Below, piece by piece: positions 44,305 through 53,524 of a stretch of DNA of 64,000 nt. Positions within the stretch are counted from its first letter, which is position 1; each line of letters starts with the position of its first letter. The position numbers and the translations under genes are program-made. The notes beneath the pieces were generated by a model. That model saw nothing but the letters and a program-made list of their open reading frames with translations, had not been told where the DNA came from and searched no databases. Source of the stretch: Blastocladiella emersonii ATCC 22665 (Eukaryota > Fungi > Blastocladiomycota); NCBI GenBank assembly GCA_025594325.1, contig JANHCV010000014.1:434001-498000 (forward strand), in the 5' to 3' direction.

Positions 44305-45194
44305 TTAGCAGCAGCCGCCAAAGTCATCCGTGGCGGGCTCGTCAACATGAACTTCCTCGACATGAACCTCCTCGACATGAACCTCGACGCCCTCGGTCTC
44401 CTCATGGACGGGCTCCTCGTCGACAACCTCCTCGGTCACCTCGGTCTCGTCAATGACGGCCGCGCCGCCGTTGGCCTCGACATCGACGGCGGTCTCGTCA
44501 ACGGGGACCGCGGACTCGTACAGGGCTAGAAGCGAATGCGGCGTGTCAGCTCGGCGAGCTAGACCAGCGTTTAGCATTGCGTTCGCGTACCCTCGGGGTG
44601 GTTAGAGTCGAGAGCGATTGTGGGCGCGCCGGGACCCATCTGCTCCTGGACCTGCTGGGCGGCGTCGGCCCACGAGATGCCGGCGTTGTCGGGGTTGGTC
44701 ATGACCTCCATGACGGCGGCCGAGAACGGCGACATGCTGTCGGGGGCGCCGGCGAAGGAGAAGTCGCCCTCGTTGGCGGCGGACATCGAGATGATGTTGC
44801 CGACGCCCTCGGGCATGCCCGAGAAGTCGAACTCGACGGGCGAGTCCATGACGAGCGCGCAGTTGGCGCCCTGGGGCAGGTCCGCGAGCACCGTCTGCAG
44901 GTCCGCGTCCGAGATGACCGAGCCGTCGGGCAGCGCGATGCCGTTGCCCTCGCCGGGCATGCCCGAGAACGAGAACAGCACCGTGTCGCCGGGCGCGGCG
45001 TTGACGACCATCTCGTGCAGCGACTCGAGCACGGACTCGCGCGTGATCGGGACCTCCGAGTCGACGTCGGTCATGAGGACCGGCTCCTCGACGCCGAGCG
45101 CGCCCGCGACGTTGAGCATGCCGCTCGCGTCGTTGAGCGAGCTGGGCAGAGCGCCGTTGTTGGTGATACCGAGGCAGAGAGCGGACGAGGGCAT
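44305..45194 (-). CDS. Metacaspase-fold (peptidase C14) pseudoprotease with acidic tail and terminal GGCC
   Basis: ALCLGI..LND..LMTD..PITRESV..AAPGDTVLFSFSG aligns to the metacaspase p20 pattern. Catalytic SGHG reads SGMP and DSC reads DSP. Intron 44526-44590 (GTACGC..GCTGAC..CTAG) gives an uninterrupted 274 aa. Confidence 0.8.
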
Positions 45195-45284
45195 GGTGAT
45201 GTGTTGAGTGTTTGGTGGTCGGAGCGCGGTGGGGGAGGCGAGCAGTCGATGGAGAGCAGATGTTGGGGCGGGGAGGCGCGGGGA

Positions 45285-45291
45285 TTATATA
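45285..45291 (-). promoter_or_regulatory. TATA-like box of the pseudo-metacaspase gene
   Basis: TATATAA on the minus strand about 90 nt upstream of ATG 45194, in otherwise GC-rich DNA. Confidence 0.5.
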
Positions 45292-45780
45292 GTCAGACGC
45301 GTTGGCCAAGGACACCGCATGTCTATTCTCGCGGTGCACATCCTTGACAGTAAGAGCGAAGTGTTGCGCGCACCGCGCGGTGGACCGGCGCTCGAAAGCC
45401 ACCGCAAGATCGGCACGACCACCGCGTTGCGCCACTCTGCTCACACGCATCCTCCCGTTCTCGAAGTTGAACGGCCTTGTTCGACGCCCAGCGTTCATGG
45501 CGGTAAATCGAAGGCTTGCGACGCTGTACTGTCGAGCCAGGGGTTCTGGTCGAACACTTCAGCTCGTGGCATTGCGCCAGGTGGACGCGCACCGCGACGA
45601 CGCCAGGATTCTTTGGCTTCGATGGAAGCTCTCAAACTGCCTCTCGGACAGTACGCGACACGAACGAGCAAGCTCGGAGCTGTCTCGGTCCTCAACTGTT
45701 GCGCCGTCGCATGGAAAGCCTTCTTCTATGTATTACACTGTCTCCGTCACGGCCAGCGGTCAAAGCCACGACCACCGCGC

Positions 45781-48700
45781 TCACCCGTCGCGGTCCACGG
45801 TCATAGCCGCGACCGTCCCGAGCGTGACCGTCGCCGCGGGCGGCCCCGCCGCCGCCTTCCGTTTTCGGATCGACGCGCGTCGGTGCCGACTACTGCTCGT
45901 CTCGTCCTGCTGCGCGCCAATGACGAGGAGGTTCTCGACCCACCTCGTACGCTCCGCCTCGCTCTGGAACTGGATCAGGATCGAGCTCGCGCCCGGGTGC
46001 GACACGGCGATGCACAGCGGGTTGTCCTCGGGCTTCGGGTCGAGCAGCACGCGCTTGATGAAGTAGCAGGTCCCCGCGCGCATCCGGTCCGCGTGCGAGA
46101 CGAGCAGCACGCCTTCGAGCGGGAGGATGCTCACGTCGAGTTGTTCCCACCGAGACCAGTAGCCTGAGACGGGTTTCACGGGGAACTTGCCGTTCATGTT
46201 CTACGTGCGCACACGCGTTGGTGAGTGAGGATGAAATGTGATGGCGGGGTTGATGAACGTACCCGGTTCGCCCAGATGGCACTCCCCGAATTGTCCGTGC
46301 CGGACGTGACGCGCGAGTGGCCGCTCGTCGAGTCGTTGAACTGCGACTCGAGGTGCTCGCCGTTGGCCTGGTTCGCATCGCTGCGCAGCGCGAGGACGTG
46401 GCGGAACACTACACGGTCGTCACGGCGTGAGTTGGCCTTCACAAGGCGCCTCAGCGAAGGCATACCATTGAAGAGGAGGATGGCCGCGTTCGAGTACAGG
46501 ATGGCAATCGACTTGGCGTAATACGCTGTCACGGTCTGGTACTGGAACAGGATCGAAATGGGCACCGTGACGACTGCTGCGACCTACGCGCGGTGCGCCA
46601 TGCGCTGTCAGCCGAATCGCCTCGGCAACGGGACTCGAGAAAGATGAACGGACCACGAGCGCATGCATCGCGTACCCGATAAACACCGTGTCTCGGTACG
46701 ACGAGTGGACGTGGCGGATCTTGACGCCGACCACGGCCAGCATGATCAACAGGACGCCGTCAATGGACGAGGCCGCGTAGATGAGGGCCTCGCCGAGGAC
46801 CGGGTTCGTGCTGCTCGCGCAGATGAACTGCTCGGTGCTGAACGAGAGGACCGGCGTCGGACCCAGCGGTGCTAGCGCCTGTGCGACGTAGAGCAGGATG
46901 ATCTGCGCGGCAGGCAGGGCCAGCATGCGCGCGAACAGGGCCGAGGTGCGGAGCGAGCTGGACTTGGCCAGGATGCGGCTACACGAGATGAGGTTAGCTC
47001 GCAGCGTCGGCGATCAGGGTCGAGAAAGGAGTCGCAGCGTACTTGCTACACGTGAGTGGCATGTCAGATATCGAAGCCGAGGCGATCGCGGGGAAGAACC
47101 GTACTCAAAGACGCGCCAGAGCGTAAACGAGCGGATCCACAGCGACGAAATGGACAGGGAGAACCCGAGCACGAGCGTCGCGTACTGCGCGATACACTTG
47201 GCCGGCGTCGGGATCCCAGCCATGAGGAACGGCGTCGTGAGCGAGATGGCCATGCCGACGCACAGAACGAGGAGGAACGGCAGCCCGAGGTGCCGCACGC
47301 GCCGCGCCTTGCGGAACCGGATCAGGATGCCCGCGGACACGACGACCGCGAACAGCGCGACGCCGCAGGCGGTCAGCACCGCAGTCACGCCCGAGTCGGC
47401 GTACTGCGGCGCAACCAGCTCGTACCGCGGGCGCCACGGCGGCGCCGAGTTGGTGCCGTCGGGGAACACGGGCGGCGCGAGCGACCGGAACGTGCCCGTG
47501 TTGTCCATCGAGTAGATGGGGACGAGCCGGCCGTCCTGGAGGTTCTGGACCTGGAACAGGCTATCGGGTGGTGTCAGTCACCCTCGGTCACGGTCAGTGC
47601 GCGCGGGAAACGTACCCGAGCCGATCGCCGTTGCTGTTGTACGACACTGGGCCCGACATGGACTCGAACGGGACGAGGAACTCGGCGAGGCTCGCCGAAG
47701 TGTTCCGCACCGCGACGGTCGCGTAGCCGTACTGCTGCACGAGCTTGAGGAACCCGCGGGCCTGCGCCTCGAGGCACGACGCGAAGAAGAGTGAAAAGCT
47801 CGACAGGATATCCTCGTTACCGAATGTCGCCCGCCACCGCGCGACCATGGCCTCGTACCGCGGGTACCCCGGCGCGGTCTCTGTCGGCCACGAGAACAGG
47901 AACCCGTTGAAGAAGGCGGCCTGGTTCGGCGTGAGCGAGACGGCCCCCGTCTTGATCGCGGCCGCGAGCGGGACCGTGGCTTCGGACCCGAGCCACACCC
48001 ACTCGCGCCCGAACCCGCGCTCGTACGCGGCGAGACCCAGGCTCACGATCTCGTCGACGTGCACGATCAGGATCGTCACGCGCGTCGGGCTATCGGCGAT
48101 GCCCGCGATCGCGCGCGCGTAGTCCTCGGGCGCGCCGCCGACGGGGACCTGGAACACGCGCGGCACTTTGACGCCGACGACGGCGGCCTCGGCCTGCATC
48201 GTCTGCGCGACTAGTGAGACGCGAGCGGGGGTTAGTGTCTGGGCGAAGGAGTGCGATCGAAGGACGTACGAGAGACGCCGTACGTGTCGGACGAGTAGAT
48301 CAGATTGACCTGCTCGAACCCAAAGTACTGCGCCGCATCGGCAATGAACTTGCCCTGGTATCTACACGGCCACGGTCAGCTCCGCGGCGGCCAAGTCCGT
48401 ATCGGCGAAGGGTAACGCACGAGTCGGGCGCGACGGTTCGGAAAAAGGTCGGAAACGCCTTCTTGTTGCTAAGCACGTCCGAGGTCGCGGACCCCGAGCA
48501 CTGGAACACGCCGTAGCTCGACACTACGCGAGAGAGCTGCGTCAGTCGGGGCGGCAGCGTGTTGAGCACGCGTGACACGTACTCGCCGAAGCCGCGGGCT
48601 GCGTGTAGCTCGAGTACCACTCGCCGATGAGCCCGACAGCGCCCCGCGAGTAGAGATCGAGCGCACCCTTGGTGGTCCCGAGCTGCGTGAACTTGGAGTC

Positions 48701-49113
48701 GACCCAGTCGAGCGCAAAGTGGATCCCGCGCGGGTGCGCAAGGTTCGTGTTGATGTCGTCGAGTGTCCAATTGAGCAGGCGGCGCGCGTTGCCGACTGTC
48801 GACAGGTGCGAGGGGTCTACGCTAGCGTGCCCTCGATCAGCATTGGCGGACGCGAGCCGTGGCCGAGAGGCGAACCATTTGCAGCAACGAACGCTGAGTC
48901 GCTGCCGAGCGCGAGGCCGATCGTCAGGTTCTGGTAGACGACCTGCGCTGCGCCGAGGTGCGCGAGCCACAGAACGAGAACGAATATGGCAATGATTCTC
49001 GCATCCCAGCGATCGAACACACTCGCTCGCCGCGGCGGCCGCCTCGCAACTCGACCGCAACAGCACCAGCACGCGTCGTCGATCGCCTTGCGCGGAGTTC
49101 CATGCGTGTTCAT
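45781..49113 (-). CDS. Class C (GABA-B/mGluR-like) GPCR: Venus-flytrap domain, 7TM and C-terminal PH-like region; multi-exon
   Basis: Hydrophobic leader, GLIGEWYSS, QCSGSATSDVLSNKKAFPTFFRTVAPD, IYSSDTYG, WVWLGSE, TM helices including CIAQYATLVLGFSLSISSLWIRSFTLWRVF and KIRHV.SSYRDT.FI. Several GT..AG introns restore the frame. Confidence 0.88.
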
Positions 49114-49376
49114 AGTTGCATGACGGATGTTTTAGTTGGCAGCGCCTGGCTCGGGGGTATAGTCGCGGGCAGCATCGAGAGACGCGTCGGTCGCTGGGCC
49201 ACAAGCGCGTGTCGCCCGATGTCTCGCGGCTGTCACGTGCGCGCGCGATGCGTCTCACAAAAGAAACGCGGCGCGGTGTGTGCCCCGGTCCGGATGCCAG
49301 TTCCCTGCCGCCTCCCAGCAGGGGTGCTCCCAGCGCGTGTCCGCCAAGCGCGCGCTGGCGCGTGTCTCTTATACGC

Positions 49377-49406
49377 CACGTGTGCGAGGCAAATCCTGAA
49401 ACGCGA
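49377..49406 (-). promoter_or_regulatory. Composite element variant TCGCGT-N18-CACGTG
   Basis: cacgtg(49377-82), exactly 18 nt, acgcga(49401-06); about 265 nt upstream of the GPCR ATG. Confidence 0.45.
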
Positions 49407-49472
49407 CGCGACGCGACATCCAAACGACCAATACCACCTTGTCCGCGATGCGACCATACGTCGTGTGATCTA

Positions 49473-51665
49473 TTATATCCTCGGCGCCCAAAACAACGCC
49501 TTGGACACGTTGAAGCTCAGCCCGGTCCCCCATCTGCGCACTTCGCTTGCACCGTGCGCCCTGGCCCAGTCGTGCAACCGCTGCACTCGCGCTTCGCCGC
49601 CCGGTTCGCCTCGCGCAGCAGCAACCTGAAGCGCACCGTCAATGAGCTTGAGAAGCTCCACCACGCGTTCGGGCCGGTCGTGTTTCGCGAGCTCGGCAAG
49701 GTCCGCGTCCGTGAGGTCAAGCGGCACGCCCGGCCGGATGAAGGCGGCGCTGGCGGCGGCGCGTATTTCGCCCGGCAATTTGCTGTCAGTGAACGGGAGA
49801 GGTTCCCGGCACGCGAGATCGAGGAGATGGAAGACCGTGAGCCCAAGCCCGTTGACCCCGCCGCGGATCCACGCGTCGGGGCCGAGTCCGCCGCGGATCG
49901 CACCAGTACTTGGCGGGAGCGAGATGTGGGGCGAGCGATGTCCGAGGAGGTATTCAAGCATGGGCCCGCGCGACGCATCGAGCAGCTTGCACCAACCGTC
50001 CTCGATCGCTTTGCCCATTAGCTCGCTGTTGCTGGTCATAAGCTGGTGCTGGTGCTCGATCAGCCGCGCCGCGTTCGCTGCGAGCTCCGCGTCCGTGTAC
50101 GGCTCAACGCGGAAGACACGGTCGCCAAGGAAAGGCCAGTCCCATGCCGTCTTGAAACTCACATCATTCATGTGCTGAGCGCACGCGCCGCAGTCCTCGA
50201 ACTGGATCGGACGCCCCGTGGCGACGCGTTCGAAGCTGTGGTACGGCACGATGGGGACCGCGTCTTGGGTCGCCTGAACCGCGGGCAAAGCGTTGGCCGC
50301 GACGTACGCGTGTCGAAGAGCGTCAAGCGTGTGGACGTGGGCCCGGGTCGGAACCCAGTGGCGGCACATCCAGGAAGCGAACGGCGACCCGGAGTCACTG
50401 GAAGTGATCCGAAACGACCACAGCTCATCCAAGTCTATGTTAGCGAGCGCCAAACAGTCGAGAAACGTGATCAAGTGAAAGCCGCGGGGTACCTGGCGGC
50501 AGTGCGGGAGGACGCGGCGAAGTAGAGTATGTACAGTGCCGCCCCCAGCCTCGACCTGAAGACCTGGTGCACCGTGCCATTCGACAAAACGCCAACGAGA
50601 GATTGGGCAATCAGACGGCCGGTGAACGAGATACGTCGTGGCGAGGACCAGCAGATCGACGAGCACAGTAAAGGAAGCAAATCCGCGAGAGTCCTGCTCA
50701 CGCGCGGTTCGTAGAATGGCCCGAATGAATGGACGGACCTGGAGAGGATGTGCCGCCAAAAGCGCGCGCGTCACCGCTCCAACGACGGCGGGCGGACCAA
50801 GTGCCAAGAGCGCCTTGACCGGCGGCGCGAGGTAATCAGGATTGTTGCGTCGAGCAGTCGCCGTCATGACTGGATCGGTCGCGCAGAAAGTGCACGCGAG
50901 AGATGCGGCTTCAAGGATGAGAGTGGCGTAAACTGGGTCGTCCGGGTCGGTCCGCGCTTCGAGTAGACACTCGACGATACTCCACAAGTTTGGCAGCTGG
51001 TGGTCGAGTCCGGTGGAGTGGAATCGGTTAGACGAGGACGTCGCGCGGAGGTATCGAAGCGACGCGATTGAGAGACCCGTCGCCCGGTCTCGCCAGGTTG
51101 ACAAAATGTGCGCGAGCGCGTGCGGCGATCCCGTCGGAAGGTGTCCCGTGAGCATCCGGTCAGCTGGGAGCGCCATTGTCCCAAGCTTGGACCGCGCGGA
51201 CGGCGGGAGCGCAGCAAAGAGCAGGTCGCGGAACTCGCGCGTCGTCGCGACGGGCACCTGGCCGTGGGTCCACGCGCGGAGCCAGGACCACGGGCGCGGG
51301 TCGCCTACGTCGCTGAGCACGAGTCGACGAGCGACGTCGAGGAAGACGGCGCGCATTTGGGTGTTGGAGATCGATGGGCGCGCGGAAGCTTTTCCGCGGT
51401 GCCGCCCGCGTTTCCAGCCGTGGTACACGGGCGCGACGGCAAAGAACGCAGCGCGGTCGGTTCCACGGAGCGCAAGCGTCATTTCGAGAGCGGGCGGAGC
51501 GTGTGCGCGCCAGAGCGGGCTGGCAAGGGCAGTGCGGCACGTCGCGCGAAGGGCGAGCCGGTCGGCGTTCGAGAGCCCCCACGACGCGATTGCGTCGAAC
51601 AGCTCGGGTGGTAGGTTCAACAGTCTCGAGCTAGTTTCATTAGGTTCCATGGTTTGCGAGTGCAT
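49473..51665 (-). CDS. F-box protein with uncharacterised C-terminal region
   Basis: Intact intronless ORF with LLNLPPELFDAIASWGLSNADRLALRATCR (F-box consensus). First ATG at 51665; the track start at 51758 is GTG. Confidence 0.75.
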   Translation of the reverse strand: MHSQTMEPNETSSRLLNLPPELFDAIASWGLSNADRLALRATCRTALASPLWRAHAPPALEMTLALRGTDRAAFFAVAPVYHGWKRGRHRGKASARPSISNTQMRAVFLDVARRLVLSDVGDPRPWSWLRAWTHGQVPVATTREFRDLLFAALPPSARSKLGTMALPADRMLTGHLPTGSPHALAHILSTWRDRATGLSIASLRYLRATSSSNRFHSTGLDHQLPNLWSIVECLLEARTDPDDPVYATLILEAASLACTFCATDPVMTATARRNNPDYLAPPVKALLALGPPAVVGAVTRALLAAHPLQVRPFIRAILRTAREQDSRGFASFTVLVDLLVLATTYLVHRPSDCPISRWRFVEWHGAPGLQVEAGGGTVHTLLRRVLPHCRQVPRGFHLITFLDCLALANIDLDELWSFRITSSDSGSPFASWMCRHWVPTRAHVHTLDALRHAYVAANALPAVQATQDAVPIVPYHSFERVATGRPIQFEDCGACAQHMNDVSFKTAWDWPFLGDRVFRVEPYTDAELAANAARLIEHQHQLMTSNSELMGKAIEDGWCKLLDASRGPMLEYLLGHRSPHISLPPSTGAIRGGLGPDAWIRGGVNGLGLTVFHLLDLACREPLPFTDSKLPGEIRAAASAAFIRPGVPLDLTDADLAELAKHDRPERVVELLKLIDGALQVAAARGEPGGEARVQRLHDWARAHGASEVRRWGTGLSFNVSKALFWAPRI

Positions 51666-51835
51666 GTGCCGGAGCGTGAGGGGAGAAGCGTTCCGGCCGG
51701 GCGAGCTTGAGCTCTCCGTGGCGGACCGCGACGCTGCCGGCCTCGCACGGTTGCTCACTCACTCCCGGCCCTCCACCACGAACCCAGCAAACGAGTGGCG
51801 ACTGACTTATTAATTAATTACATGTGTGTGCGTGC

Positions 51836-53176
51836 TCATAGCGTGGTGACCTCGGCGTCCACGTCGACCTCGGGCGGCGGCGCGACAGGGTCCACCGCCG
51901 CCACCTGCTCCGGCCCGCCCTCGCCCTCAGCGGCAGCGGGGCGGCGCGAGATAGTGACAAACGTCGGGTCCGTAGACGCGAACCCGGTGCCAGCCGTATC
52001 ATCGGCAGCCGCCGCGGTGACAGGCGCGTCCTCGAGCGGCGGGACCTGGACGGGCGGGATGGCGGGTTCGGGCGCAGGCTCTGCAGCGGCTGGTGGCGGA
52101 GGCGAGACGGGCGAGGTCGGCGAGGAAGCGATCCGCTCGAGCGTGACGGGCATCGCGTTCGCAGCGGGCGGCGCGTCGAGCGCATTCGCGTCAGCAACCG
52201 CGGCGTCGCGGTGCTGGAGAAGCAGCTGCTCGCGGTCGGTACCGAGTGCGGAGCGGAGGGTGGCGAGCTCGGCGTCGTAGGTGGAGATGGACTGGAGCAG
52301 GCTGGCGTGTTCCTCGGCCGAGAGGCGGAGGGACTCGCGCATCACGGCCTGGGCGGTCTCGAGGTGCGAGAGCGCCGAGACCTTTTCCTCGGCGAGGGTC
52401 TCGCTGCGGCGCTTCTCGGCGTCGAGCTGCGCCTGGCACTCGGCGTAGATGCGTTTCTTTTCCTGCTGGGCGAGTTGCTATTGGACAAGGCGGTGTGAGG
52501 ACGGGTGTTGGTGATGAGGAAAGATTACCGAGAAGGCGTACGACTTGGGCGCGGAACTTGCCCATGATGAGCTCGAGCGTCGACTCGTACTCCTTGAGCG
52601 TGCCCATGAGGTGCGCGTTGTCGCGCTGCAGCTCGACGATGCGTGGGTCCGTGTACTCGCCTGTTCCCAGGGCAAGTCAGAGTCCGAATCCACCAAAGAC
52701 GCGTCAATTCGCGTACCAGTCTGGACGGCGTGATCGACAGCAGGCACCGGCTCCGGCGCCGGCACACTCGCGGCGGGTACTGGCACCGGCGGCGTTGGTG
52801 GGGTGGGCGGGCGCGACGGCGTCTGGGTGCCGGCCTCGGGCAGCGGGTCGGCGGGCACGGGCGACGTCTGGGTCGACGTGTGCTCGGGTGCGGGTTCCGA
52901 CGGCGGCGCCGTCTCGACGTCGATCTCGAGCTCGCGGGCGACCGCCGTCGCGTCGTCAAAAGTCTCGGGCGGCGGGGCAAAGCCCGACAGGTCGCGCGGC
53001 TCGGTCGGCGGCAGGTCCGAGCGGGCGGCGAGCGACTCCTTGACCGAGTGGACCTCGCGGCTCAGCGCGGCGAGCGCGGCCTCGTTGTCGCGGTTGATGG
53101 CCTCGAGCTGCAGGAACAGGTCGTGCACCTGCGCCGCGGTGATGGCGAGGTCGGGGACGCCGGCGGCGGGCGGCAT
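51836..53176 (-). CDS. SIKE/FGFR1OP2-like coiled-coil protein (STRIPAK subunit candidate)
   Basis: Introns 52661-52716 and 52478-52541 give ...RIVELQRDNAHLMGTLKEYESTLELIMGKFRAQV..., matching the family motif (LELIMxK[YF]R). Confidence 0.7.
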
Positions 53177-53524
53177 GGTTGTAACTTGATGCGTTGCAGT
53201 ATGAGTGGGAAACGGGGGGAAGGGGGAGAGGGGGCGAGCGGCGGCGAACCTTGGCGACTCGGCGAGGCGGTCGAGGCGGTCACGCCGCCAACGCGCAAAC
53301 ACGTGCGCGTGTTCGCCACGTCGCTCCGTTCGGCCCACCCCCTGACCGCGCCCTCCGCGCTCGTCCGCTCTTTGGGCCTCCGACGCCGCTCTCTTTGACG
53401 GCAACCACTACTCGACCATGCAACCCCATGGACACTCGCCGCAGCACCGGCAACCCGACCATGGTGGGAGAAGCCCGCAGCCCGCGCATGCGGCTGTGGC
53501 GCTCCCCCCACCGCAGCCACCGCC

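Noticed and set aside
3075-45305. Isolated ACGCGT sites (e.g. ~3078, ~39411, ~40752, ~45298)
   Set aside because: Expected often by chance in CpG-rich DNA, and they lack the partner CACGTG at the fixed spacing.
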